The notes under the pieces are model-generated. The model worked only from the letters and a program-made list of their open reading frames with translations, was not told the DNA's origin and ran no database searches. The translations under genes and the position numbers were made by a program. From Lingula anatina (Eukaryota; Animalia; Brachiopoda), in assembly GCA_051362555.1 (NCBI GenBank), contig CM120640.1, positions 38,294,788 to 38,358,787 of the forward strand: a stretch of DNA of 64,000 nucleotides, given 5' to 3'. Shown here in pieces: positions 49,938-62,500 of the stretch. Position 1 is the stretch's first letter; each line of letters opens with the position of its first letter.

Positions 49938-50066
49938 ATGGCTGGTTCGTGTGAAGGTCCAAAAAAGGCTGAATTCATAGTTGGCGGAAAGTACAAATTA
50001 GTACGAAAAATAGGCAGTGGTTCATTTGGGGATATCTACTTGGGGATTAATACTCTAAATGGAGAG
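49938..50066 (+). CDS. CSNK1A1: CK1-alpha coding exon 1
   Basis: [43 protein letters not shown]; donor GAG|GTATG. Confidence 0.95.
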
Positions 50067-53052
50067 GTATGCTCTTTGTTTTCTACATTTTCTGTACATT
50101 TCTTTATTTAATCCCTGTAAAGTGTGTACAGTGTAATATCGATGTGAATCTTATATTTCAGGAAGTGGCAGTTAAATTAGAGTCCACGAAAGCCAGGCAT
50201 CCCCAGCTTTTGTATGAAAGCAAACTGTACAAAATACTTCAAGGTGGAGTTGGAATCCCACACATAAGGTAAGTCAAATAACAAATACAGGTCCATCTGT
50301 GTAGACTTGCTTGATATATAATTATTCCCTATTACATTATGCTTCTGGTAAAACAATAGTTATCAGTATTTTACAGTATACATATAACATTTTACTAGTG
50401 CATCCTGCTGGTTGTCTGTTAGTGTTATTATTCATATTGTGATCTCGGGTAAGTTTTAGTCTACAGATACTGCAAAGCGAGTCAGGTTTGGTCTGTATAC
50501 TATTTCATTTCTTGATCTCACTCTTGATATCATTTTAAATAACATAATAATGTACAGTGGTGTTGATTGGGGTTGGATTGTGAAACAATGCAGTAAGTTG
50601 TCTCATCCATACAGGAAGTAAAACAATATGGGCATAATTGTTACTCAGGTAAAAGCTGATATGAGTCATTGCACTACAGAAAAACCACTAAGTAGTTGTC
50701 TTTGTACTTTAGAGCTATAACTGTTAAGAAAAAATAAATAGGTGCATATGGTGGGATTGGCCTACTACTAGTAAGAGCTTTTTTGTTATGTTACTGGCAC
50801 AAGTACTAGCTTCCTTTTCAGTCAAATGCTGTTTCTAGGGGGTATTAAATAGGGTTGCAATGATTGAATGGAATATACTTTTGCGACCAGTTATAATTGG
50901 TGGATGCTGAACTGAATAATTTTGATTTCTTTATCTTGACTTGTCATATAGTTATCATAATCAGGAAAAAATATGACATTAAAAGCATTGAGTGTGTGTT
51001 TTAAATATTAGAAAAATGTTTACAGACTTATGTGAAATGTGTGAAGTTATCTGTTTGGTGAAAAGTAATTCAGAACATATGAACATTTACTTTAGATAGC
51101 TATATAATGCAGCCCTATTAAACTTGGCTTCTCTATACATCTAATGTGCAATACCAAGACTCATGGGAATTTTCCAAGTCAGCAGCAGGCAGTTTGGATA
51201 TGTATCAGATGGTGGTGGGATGACATGATAATGATAATGATGATACATTCTTAATTTGTAAATTTTATAAATTGATAAACACTTTTCTATGAAAGTTTGC
51301 CTATAAATGAAGAATAAGATAGGGAATAGATGAAATGCTTAACTTATATGCCTGAAGTTGGAAATTCCAATGCAGGGTGAATATATCATTTTCTTTTGTT
51401 TATTATCATTACAATCATTCATAGATGGTTTTCTGTAGCAATATAATGTCAATGCCTCTTTCTGGAAAGAAACATAGTTTTGAAAATATGCATCACTTTT
51501 CTGATAATAGATTGTGCTAGATTAAATAATCAGCAGGTAAACTTACATTTGCTTATCTGCACAAAAATGACATGGTAGTCTAATATATTGCATGCAGAAG
51601 AAAAAAAGGGTGGGAACATTATCTCACTGGTAATTACTACAGTAAAGTGGAAGTTCAAGTTAAAGTCAGTTGGTATCTACCAGCCTGTAAATTTTAAGTG
51701 CTACTGATGTGTTGGTTTTAGCGTTAAACCAGTAATTAAAAATTCATCTCTGATCCTTTAGGGATGGCAGTTATCACAAGAGCGTTAGAGAGCATGCTTG
51801 AAAAGAATTTAACAAAGTATAAGTTTATCAAAATGATGAACCACATACTAAGAGAGTTATAATGTTTTGTAAGTATGTGTTAAGGCATGTTTAGTGAGAG
51901 TTTCAGTGCTTCAATACTAGTAGATGTTTTTTATTGTTCAGCAGAGCAAATCAGCATAAAAATCTGGGTTACACTTGAGCTATCTTTTCAATCTGCAGTA
52001 TTATTTGCCAAAGGTTTGACATGTTTGACCAAGAGGTAATATTAAGGATGAATTCATATAAACTGAAGCCCATGTTGACTAAGTTGCTTAATGTAAATCT
52101 TTATTTTGATTCTTTATACGACAGCCCACTTACCACTTCACACTTGTTTGTTATAAACATGGAGTAGTGGATTGGATTGTTGGCAAATTAATTGCATACA
52201 TGCATTACTTGTGTGCAATATTTTTTTTTTAATACAGATTTAAAATTAGCACATTATTGTAAAAATTTGCCCTCTCTTTTTCCATTTTGGGCAGTTGTAC
52301 ACATATTTTAGTAAATATATTTTATCAATACCTTAATGGTAATCAGGACACTGTTCAAACAATATACAGCTCTGTATTGATTTCCCTGTTTTTATGGCAA
52401 AATGGAAGCAATACAATATTAGAAAGTGTACGCAGCTGATTGATTGGTGGATTATTACTTGAGGTTAGTGTTCTGAAAAGCTCAATTGATATATATATTA
52501 TCTTGTATGTTCGTCCAGCTACTGCTGTTGTGGGTTGATTTAGAACTAAGTTAAATTATCATGTAACACTGGGTTCCCATACCAAAATTGATCTAACAGG
52601 ATTGATCCATCTTCAAGGAGTTCCTCACTAAATTTCTTTTAGCTTAAGCGGCTAAGATACTGCACGCATACTGAAGCTGCTAAACGATAATTAATTAGAA
52701 GCTTAAGTAGGCTTGACAGACATCTAAGCCGTTTAAGTTGATTGCAATTTAGCGAGAATCCCCTCAGAGATAGATCGATCCATAGTTGGTACAATAGGGA
52801 CAGGGAATGGTCCCTAAGTTTACTTATGCCTCTCTTGGAATTGATGCTCTTGCCCTGCCTATAAGAGAGAATAGTGTTTTGCCCATTTGCAGGTTACTAC
52901 CCCTGCCACCTGCATCTGTGAATGAATGAAATAGTAAAGGTTCATGATTAGAAAAAAATAAATAATTATAAATAAAATGAAATGTATACAGTATATATGC
53001 ATATAAAATTCACGGATTGTTTATGGAAAGGGGATGATTATCTGTCCATCTG

Positions 53053-53083
<31 letters not shown>

Positions 53084-56000
53084 ATCTGTATAGTCGTTAT
53101 ATAAATATGACATTAAAAAAGTCATGTGAAACTTTTTTTAGCTACAATATAGATTCAGATTTCTTTATATAGCAGACATGCTGAAAACTTTTCAGAATGG
53201 CCGGACATTTGGACTGCAGTAATGAAAAATTTGACGAACCAAATAGATTTTTGCCAGACCGAAAATCACCTTTTTTTTTTTTTTTGAGACGGATACTAAG
53301 ATTAGGTAGCTTTGTTTATGAATGTGGTCGGTTTGAAATGGAAGGGAAAAACGCTTTGGGCTTTATATAATTTTTTTTAGTGAAGTATGTCGAATGATGA
53401 CTGTAAATTCAAAATGGTGTCTCTTAAAACTCTTGTCGGTCCTGTGGACCGACTAAGTCCAATTTTTTACCGGTCCAGACAAATTTTGCCAGTCATGACC
53501 AATCAGACCGACAGTTTCAGCATGTCTGATATAGATAACCACTCAGTGTTACACCCAAGGTACAATCATGGACATAAACATGTAACTACACTTTTACACA
53601 AAAAATAACTTAACAGTACATTTATTTAAATAGTTAAGTACATACATATAAAACAAATTCTTTGCAACTAAATGCTAGGTTTAATCTACACAGCCAGTTA
53701 CTCCCCACGGCAAGGGGATCAAAAACCAGCATAGGGGTTATTTTTAAGCATGCATGAAAAAGTTTACTCTTTTCTCCATGCATTTCTGCACAAACACAAG
53801 TAGGGGAATAATTATATTTATTTATGCTTCATTTCCCTGTCCACTCTGTAAAATGGTGTTGAGAAGTACATTTTTGAGTAGTGTACCTTCCTTACTGGCA
53901 CGTGTGTCACTTATAAAAGCAAATATTTTTTTGTTTCAGATTTTATGGACAAGAGAAAGACTACAACTGTCTAGTGATGGACTTGTTAGGTCCAAGCTTG
54001 GAAGACTTATTCAATTTCTGCTCCAGGCGCTTCACTATGAAAACAGTGCTGATGCTTGCTGATCAGGTAGGTGTAAAGGAGCTGAATGAGCTTGGGCAAT
54101 TTTAGAAAGGAAGTCATATCAGGTTTATTACCTGCTTTAAGCACATATGCCTTAAATCCCAATAGACAAACACTATATCTTATAGATAGAGGAAGCCATT
54201 GGATAAATTATGTCTGTGTGGCTTCATTGTGAAGACAAAATCTGACAACGTTGCTATTATTTCAACATATGCTAATTACCCGGTTTTCTGCATTTTGTAA
54301 TCTTGACTTGACCCATTTACATTGGGGTGATAAAAAAATCCTAAAAGCAGTTTTACTTATTAATTCCACCCAACACCTGCCTGCTTGCCAGGCAATTACA
54401 GTAACCACTTCAACTGATCATTTAAAACTTGAAACCAGTTTTTACCCTCACATAAATGAAGGGTAGGGGGGATACATTCACCCTTGAAATATTGTCATTT
54501 TATTTTTAAGATAGATGCACAGCAGCTGTCTAGTCTGGACTGGGTTGTTTTGATAGAAGCCTAAATGTGTTTAAAACCATTTAAAATGAGAGAAAATCAT
54601 TTGAAATAAGAGAAAAAAAGGGTTGAGCCCCTATTGATTTGATTTAGTTAGTATGATTTTGTGAGAAAATAACTGATGTTATATTGCAGACATTTTTTTT
54701 TCATAAAAATTAGATACAAGTAATCCATAGATCAAAATAATCAATTGTGATTTTTATGCTTCAAAATCTTGGGAGAAGTGAATTCAAAAGATCAAAATGG
54801 AGAATGTAATATATATATATATATGTTCATTATGAATAGAATGTATGTCGAACATGCATATCATGCATTATATGCATATCCTGGAGCCAAAAAAGACACA
54901 TAAAGGGTTTGATACTTGGCTTGGAGATTTTATACTCTCCTGCATTGTGGTGATATGAAAACGTGTATTTCAAATAAGTGAGCATTACCTTAACTTGAAA
55001 TCAGTTTGGGTAAATTGTAACTCTAGGTTTTAAAATGGGGAATGTGATTATTAGGGATAAAGGGATTTTTTTACATGATTTGTTATTGAGAAGATTTTTC
55101 TTTTTTGTGTTATATGTCTATAATGTTTATCTTTTTTTATATCTTTTCAGATGATAGGCCGGATAGAGTATGTACATAATAAAAACTTTATTCACAGAGA
55201 CATCAAGCCAGATAACTTTCTTATGGGTATTGGACGGCATTGTAACAAGGTATTCACACAACTAAACCAATCATTACAGTCAGTAGTAAAGTGCGATGCT
55301 TTTTTTTAAGAAGTGAAGATGTAAGGAAGCAATCAATTGGTTATTTATTGACTCAAAACGAAAGCAAAGGTGATGTAAAGAACTGCAGCATTAAGATCAA
55401 TTTGAAACAGAGATGAAAAAAATATCTGATGTGCTCTGGTTTCTTGTAGGTGTTTATAATTGATTTTGGACTGGCCAAGAAATACAGGGATAACCGTACA
55501 CGCAATCATATTGCATACAGGGAAGACAAAAATCTAACAGGAACGGCACGATATGCGAGTATCAATGCTCACTTAGGTATTGAGCAGAGTCGAAGAGATG
55601 ATATGGAGTCACTTGGCTATGTTCTCATGTATTTTAACAGGACTAATTTGCCTTGGCAGGGATTAAAGGTAAGGCTTGTGGTTCAACATAAAGTTGTTAA
55701 GTTGTAACTGAAAATTGTCATCTAACTTTGCATGACATGAAACTCTTTGAAATACATTCGGAATTGACCCAGATTTTGTTTGTAAATTTTATCTTACTTC
55801 CAATGGAATAATACAAAGTGAAATTATTTTTTGAAAAAAAAAAACAAACTTTTGTGTGTTTATTATATGAGAAAGCCTTGTAAATTAAGCATGCTCACAC
55901 ACACACACACACACAGAACTAGCAACAGAAGGAATTTTAATTGTCAGAATTATCCTCAGATTCCATCCAAGTACTTGTGATTTTGCCTCATTTTTTTTCT

Positions 56001-57778
56001 GCAAATACAGAAAAGTAATGTGGTGAAAGGACGTTAATTCTTTAAACCATTTGAAATATTACATTATTCAGTATTTTTGAATAAAAATTTTTATTATAAC
56101 TATTTCTTATTTCGGTCCAGTTCTTTATGGTTTCATTATGGAGGCTTTTTCTTGTGTATGTGGACGCAGGAACGGGTGCAATGATTGCCTTCTGAATAAG
56201 CTATGAAAAGAGTAATTTCTGAAAACTTTAAAAACTAGTCATCCATTTGATGTTGTCATCCATTTGGTACATTTCAATAAGACCTCTTCCACTTTTACTA
56301 AAAAGCTTTTTCAGACAATTAATTAGCAATTTAGATGCCATTTATTGGCCACTTTGCAAAAATAATGTTATTTAAGTGACATTTCAGGCTATGAAATGTG
56401 ACTTAAAGGTTATTGGCGTGGTTGACCCAGGCCTAAAACATTAAGTTATTTTTATCTGCAGTTTTAAAGCATCCTGTAATAGGGTAACCTTTCCTACTGT
56501 CTTGAAAAATTTTCATCATTGATATGAAGCTTTGTTTTCATTTGAATTGGTTGCAAGAATATAAATGATTTATATTAAAATTTGTGTATTGATAATATGT
56601 ATTGCTATTGCCTGAATGCTAATTTACAGTTATCAACACCCTTCACATGAATTTATAACACAGAAATGCTCAATAATTTTAATAAAACAGTTGGCAAGCA
56701 TATGCACACTTGTTTCCTTCATTAATATCAAAAGTCAAATCGGTTAAGCAACATGTTTGTTTTAAAAATATTTCAGTTGTTGCTAATGATGCATTTTTTT
56801 ATTTCTCTGTCAAATGGAAGTTTTTGTCAAATGGAATATTGTTACTCAAACAAGCTATAGGTAATCAATTAATTTTTTTCTTTTCAGGCTGCAACTAAAA
56901 AACAGAAGTATGAAAAAATCAGCGAAAAGAAAATGTCCACACCAGTTGAAAATCTCTGCAAGGTAAAATTAATCCAACTGCTTGTTATATAAATATACAA
57001 ATTTATTTGTATCAACAGATATTGAGTAATTCTATATCGAACAATTATATCTTCATGAAATGTAATTTTGTCTTACGTCAGTGAATGATATTGTATGGTT
57101 CTTTTTCTTTTGAAACTAAGTTTGTTGCTACCAACAAACGGGGTTCTTTTTATAATCTTTATTTCTGCTTAACACATTTAACTATGTACAAGAGCTCTGC
57201 CCTCTGACTGACAGCCCAAACAGTAACAGCTAACTGCTTGCTCCCTTGAACAACTGCTCTGACTTCCACCTTCTAACTCTTAACTGGCCAAATTGGCTCA
57301 GAGCCCCTGTATTTATAGAGGCTTACCCCCAGGCACATTCTGGCTGCAAGAAGAAGAAACTCCTGGACAGAGCTATTACAGTTGCAGTACAAGCTAAGCA
57401 TGTGGTTTGATCAAAACAGAAAGGACTGCTGTTGCTAAAATTAAACAGGGATGACAGTCAGGGGTCAATTGAGCTGTCAGCAAAGTAAAAAATGTACATG
57501 TAGAAATGCTTCAATGTTACTTTCACGAATGTTTCCTTAAAAATGTTTTGTATTTTCAGGGATATCCTGCAGAATTTGCTATGTACTTGAACTACTGCAG
57601 AGGCCTTCGGTTTGAGGAAGCTCCAGACTACATGTACCTGCGTCAGTTGTTCCGCATTCTCTTCAGAACACTGAACCATCAGTATGATTACACTTTTGAC
57701 TGGACCATGCTAAAACAGAAGGCATCATCCCAAAATGCAAGTTCTGGTGCTATGGCAACACCAGGAAAGAAGATATGA
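49938..57778 (+). CDS. CSNK1A1: Casein kinase I isoform alpha, complete spliced CDS (7 coding exons, 324 aa)
   Basis: join(49938-50066,50162-50268,53940-54066,55151-55249,55450-55668,56888-56962,57560-57778). All introns are GT-AG with consistent phases, total 975 nt. Motifs [44 protein letters not shown] and the alpha-type [22 protein letters not shown] and [12 protein letters not shown] are present. Confidence 0.97.
50162..50268 (+). CDS. CSNK1A1: CK1-alpha coding exon 2
   Basis: [36 protein letters not shown]; acceptor TTTCAG|, donor |GTAAGT. Confidence 0.96.
52569..52803. mobile_element. Palindromic MITE-like element in CK1-alpha intron 2
   Basis: 52599-52658 (GGATTGATCCATCTTCAAGGAGTTCCTCACTAAATTTCTTTTAGCTTAAGCGGCTAAGAT) is an ungapped inverted near-copy of 52722-52781 (reverse complement GGATCGATCTATCTCTGAGGGGATTCTCGCTAAATTGCAATCAACTTAAACGGCTTAGAT). 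Outer limits are approximate. Confidence 0.7.
53052..53085. repeat. (TG)/(TA)n microsatellite
   Basis: TGTGTGTATATATATATATATATATGTATATATA seen directly. Confidence 0.85.
53173..53528. mobile_element. Non-autonomous TIR element (hAT-like MITE), 356 bp, 14-bp perfect TIRs, 6-bp flanking direct repeat
   Basis: CAGACATGCTGAAA at 53173-53186 and TTTCAGCATGTCTG at 53515-53528, with ATATAG immediately on both sides and short GACCG/CGGTC subterminal motifs. Confidence 0.85.
53940..54066 (+). CDS. CSNK1A1: CK1-alpha coding exon 3
   Basis: [42 protein letters not shown]; acceptor TTTCAG|, donor |GTAGGT. Confidence 0.96.
55151..55249 (+). CDS. CSNK1A1: CK1-alpha coding exon 4
   Basis: [33 protein letters not shown] (catalytic loop); canonical splice sites. 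Confidence 0.96.
55450..55668 (+). CDS. CSNK1A1: CK1-alpha coding exon 5
   Basis: [73 protein letters not shown]; donor |GTAAGG. Confidence 0.96.
55895..55915. repeat. (CA)n microsatellite
   Basis: About 10 CA units in CK1-alpha intron 5. Confidence 0.85.
56888..56962 (+). CDS. CSNK1A1: CK1-alpha coding exon 6
   Basis: [25 protein letters not shown]; acceptor TTTTCAG|, donor |GTAAAA. Confidence 0.96.
57560..57778 (+). CDS. CSNK1A1: CK1-alpha coding exon 7 (with stop)
   Basis: [72 protein letters not shown]. Confidence 0.94.
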   Translation, partial: GYPAEFAMYLNYCRGLRFEEAPDYMYLRQLFRILFRTLNHQYDYTFDWTMLKQKASSQNASSGAMATPGKKI

Positions 57779-57797
57779 TTTTTTGAGTGGGTGTAAG

Positions 57798-58134
57798 GTG
57801 GGTAGTTTGACATTGAGAACTTTCTTCCAAGGCTTGTCCTTTAGAAGTAAGTTTCAAAAATATGAATGTAATATCTTTTTATGAAGAAATATTATACAGT
57901 GTATAGTCAGGAATTGTATAGAAATGTATATTTATATCTTTATGAATCTTCCAAATAATATGATCAAAAGGGCATCTTTTTGGGACCTGGTTAAGAATGA
58001 GATTAATTAGTGATTTGATACAGTTCTGTAATGTTTGATAACCAAAGGCTTTCTAACAGCCATTGTGGCATATTATTTGTTTTTTTGATGTAAACCTACA
58101 AAAGTTTTAACTTGTGGTTTTTTTTTTTTTTCAG
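57798..58134 (+). other. Predicted 3'UTR intron of CK1-alpha
   Basis: Donor AAG|GTGGGT 19 nt after the stop codon; strong acceptor (long T tract then CAG|GAGAG) ending at 58134. Confidence 0.55.
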
Positions 58135-59397
58135 GAGAGTCATTGAAAGAAGAATAGCAAGATATCTTACTGGGAAGTCCAGAGATCTGGAACGCAGTAC
58201 AAATACTTAACTTTTGTCATTTGTTTCAAGCACTGCACTGTAAATTATGCCTGTCAAATAGGGCTTGCAGTATCTCAGTACCAGCTTCAAGAACACTTAT
58301 GTAGATGAGTCAGGGTGTCATTGTGCTCTGCAGATCTACTAGTACTCGTTGAACAATGTAACATGTACTTGAAGGACATTTTTTTTTTTCTTTTGTGGAA
58401 AATGAGACCTTGTAACATTTGTTGCATATATTACATTGAAGACCAAGGTTTTTCTATTTATCATTTCATATTTTCACAAAAGTATACATTCATTGTACTC
58501 TGTATATTTCATAATGCATGGGATGGGGTTCTTTTTTAAGAAATAATTGTAGTATCAGATGTGGGAAGTATTCTGTGGTAAACAAGATGTATTAGGGAGA
58601 AAAACTACAGGAGACACTTGGCTTGGCTACTTGGCATGGATGGGGAATGGATTAGATGATGCAGGTAGTTTTCAGAAATATCTATTGGTCCCTTTTATAT
58701 CAACAAATAAGTTTTATTACAATGGACAAGAATGCCTTGGAAAAACACAAGAAAGACCTGGGTGCAAAAGATACTGTAAAAAATCGACACTTCAGACACA
58801 GACATGAGTAACAGTAGTAACATTAATCATTTAAGCTTTCAAAAAGGGTTACGTAGTCCATTGCAAACCTGTTATTTAAATATGTATGTTGTATGATATT
58901 TTAATAGTGTGTGATATCATTCTTGTTGATTTTATTCATGTACAAGAGGCACTTTCGTGTCAATAAATGTTTAGAAAAGACACATTTTAAAGTAAGTTGC
59001 AGGTGTCTTGCAGATGTGGCATTAAAGAAAGCAAGAAAAGGGCCTGTAAAAAGTTTTTGCTTTGTGTTCACTTCATTCTGTATCCAGAAACTGGAGTATT
59101 CCCTCAATTTGCTGTACTGACTGTAGATAAATGAAATAACATATGCTGAATTATTCAAGTATCTCAAATGACTTCCTTTCGTTTTTTTTGTAGCTTCATA
59201 CACAAAAGGGGAATTAGAGTCCTTTCAAATCCCAAAATGTGAGGCATTTTTTTCATCAAACAAAACTTAACACGTTTGTATATGGCCAGTTTATTTTTAA
59301 GTGTATCAATTATAAAAATATCTGCAGTGAAATTTTCATGCAAAATTTTCAAGATGTTTATCACATCATCTTGATCTGTATTTGGAAATTTACTTTT

Positions 59398-59590
59398 TTA
59401 CTTTTCTTTTACTTGTAAGGCAGATTTCCATTTTTTGTACATAGGTGATTTCTCAACCTTAGTCTCTTCTGTGTCACTTGCATCTTGTAAAACTGTTATA
59501 TTTTTCACTCCTGCCAATATTAGGCGGTCTATTTCATCCTGCATCTCTTTGATTTGTTCACTATCTGGAAACATGTCTGGAAATCGTGTG
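59398..59590 (-). CDS. SUPV3L1: SUV3 last coding exon (to first in-frame stop)
   Basis: [63 protein letters not shown]; TAA at 59400-59398. Confidence 0.88.
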
Positions 59591-62500
59591 CTGGAAAGTA
59601 AATATTAAAATAATATTCATCACAGAGCCTACCTTAGAAGACAACATGACAATTCAATAGATTAAATATCAGTGCTTTTATATTAAAAATAATACTTTGA
59701 CAAATCAATTATGCTGATGTTTAATTTTCCAAATGTCAAAAAATTAATACCAAATCATACACATACCCAAACCAACGGTATAAATCAAGACCTTGATACA
59801 CGGACTCTAAATTATTTATCATAGCTGTTGTTCTTGCAGGAGAAAGAGGCCAGTTAAGTGTTTTCTTTATGAATTTCACAGTCACTGGTTCTGCATGACT
59901 GTATTGTCGAGCATACTGAAAAATTCAAGTTTGTACAATTGAATTAAGTTTTGCTGCAAGTTTTAAATTGTAAAGAAAAGACTTTGTAGCTAGGTAAACT
60001 TTTGTTCAACATACTAGGACTTAGCGATAAGCTTCATTTAAGAACTTTCTTTTGTCAAGTAAAAAAAAAATTCTTTTCATAAATTTCACTAATATCTCAA
60101 GAGGCAAATCGAGTAAGTAATAAGTGCAAATCATATGTACTCAAAACATTGCTTATACAAAAAACAAAACAATTCTTACCCTCAAGAAAAAAGAAAGCAG
60201 AATTTTGTCCTCTGTTTTGATAGGTGCCACACAAAACACATACTTCACACGTAAATCTAAGGGAATATGGGCTGAGAGCTCAGCTAGCTCTTTGAAAGTT
60301 TCCATATCAGACAAGAAAAAACGATCTCCATCCAAACTGCACTGGTGAATAAAAACGTCCTGAAAGTGGAGGAAATAAATATTTAACACAAATTTGGTTG
60401 ATGTAAAAAATATATCTGTCAGCAGATTAAAATATTAAAGATTAATCATGCTCAGACATTAATCCTTAACAGAAAACAAGAAAAGGAATAATTGGTAAAA
60501 CATACCAATAGTAAGTTCAATATTCAATGCTTAAAACACAGACATTATGAAAGCATGTGAAAGGTATTTTAAATCTGAAAAAAGGAAACAATTCTGACCA
60601 CTAAATCTGCAAGTCGAAGCTTGGGTAGATAGAAAGAAAACATTTCAATCTGGTCACTTGTAGGATGCAATCCAGCTTTCTGTAAAATAACATATAACCC
60701 ATTTTTCCTTCAGTTTGTATTAAGTGTAACACAGGATAAATAATTTCTCAACTGTTTATTCCAAAGCTTAGGAGGAGAATTGGCGGAGGAGAATTTTTCA
60801 AATGATGCGAGTTATTTTCATGAGGGCACTAATGAAATAAAATGCAAAATGTTAAAAATCTTTAAAAAATCCTATCTCCACTTAAATGTATGCTTTAACT
60901 GCTTATGGCAGTGAACTTCTTATAGTCATCCTTTTTCATGTAAAATGGCTTTTTAATTTCATTGAAGTCTTCTGAAAAAATATTTTTGGGCGATACCTCA
61001 ATTTCCGGGATGTCACTATTCAATAACCTCCTCAGTTTGTGGAGGTCTCTTTCCATCAATGTTGTTACAAAGCCATTTTCAAAATCTGTGCCAAATCTTC
61101 CTGCTCTGCCAGCAATTTGCAATGCTTGTGATGGAGCAATCATCCTGAAAACTTTTTGACCATCCTCACCAATATCCATCTTTGTTAAAGAATGGAATAC
61201 AATTCTTCTTATGCTCCTGAAATAAAAAATAATTCAATCTTGTGGGGGTGGTATCAATGGTTTAGTGAGAACTAAGAAAGAACAACCTTAAAAATGCTAT
61301 ATAATCGCAATATAAGAATGATTTATTATTTCATTAGACACTTAGTTTAATTAATAACTTGTGAATGATTAGTAGTTTTGCACACTGGCTGATAAACTCA
61401 CATGGAAAATACTGGCATTCAAATATCTAATTACTTGGATTGGGCAATCTGTCTTTGAAACATATATCACACTATTCTATGAGTAATATCATTGAATCAC
61501 ATTTTTGTTATTAAATTTCTGTAGAAAATTATTATAAATTCATATATTTTTCTTACAAATTGAGACCCATTCCTATTGCATCTGTAGCCACTAATATTTT
61601 ACAAGGATCATCTGGATCATTAAACCTCTTTGCCTGAGCAAGTTTAGTTCCTAAAGTAAAAAAAAATTGTTCAATAAGATATATATATTGTTCAATAAGA
61701 TTATATATTATTTAAAATTATGACAAAAGAATTGTACAATGTTCTCCTACATTTGTGATGAGGGCAGACTAGTGATAGCTAAATGAAACAAAAACAACAG
61801 TGTTTGTCAGCAAAAATGATGAAGAAAATAAAGAAAAACTAGATGGTGTCAATGGGTAGCCATTGCATATCCCGGCACTTCCCCATATTATCAAGAGCAG
61901 CTCACCCCTAGGGACCACTTACCATACACGCACGTACACATGTACAACCCCCTGTTGTAAAATTCAAAAGTGCCCATGCACATCTAGCTCTGATGATGGG
62001 TAAACTATTCACCAAAGTTTCAACTTCCTACCTGCAATGGTCTAGGAGAAAATAGCAGAAACTACAATGTGAAAAGAATTCAGAATCAACCTACCCCTGG
62101 GGACAGCCCAACCCCCGGTTGCAATAAAATTCCAAAGTGTATATGTACATCCCTGATGATGGATCTTCCAATTCCCATAGTTTCAATTTCCTATCTCTAA
62201 CGGTCTAGGAGGAGATAGCAGAAATTACAATGTCATAAGAATTTAGAATCACCCCCCCCCCTCCCCCCCGGACAGCCCAATACCCTGTGGCACTAAAATT
62301 CCAAAGTGCCCCTTCACATCACTGATGATGGGTAAACTATTCACCAAAGTTTCAACTTCCTACCTGCAATGGTCTAGGAGAAAATAGCAGAAACTACAAT
62401 GTGAAAAGAATTCAGAATCAACCTACCCCTGGGGACAGCCCAACCCCTGGTTACACTAAAATTCCAAAGTGTCCATGCACATCCCTGAAGATGTGTCTAC

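Noticed and set aside
55250-55449. Vertebrate-type CK1-alpha L-insert alternative exon
   Set aside because: This 200-bp intron has no recognisable in-frame cassette resembling the insert.
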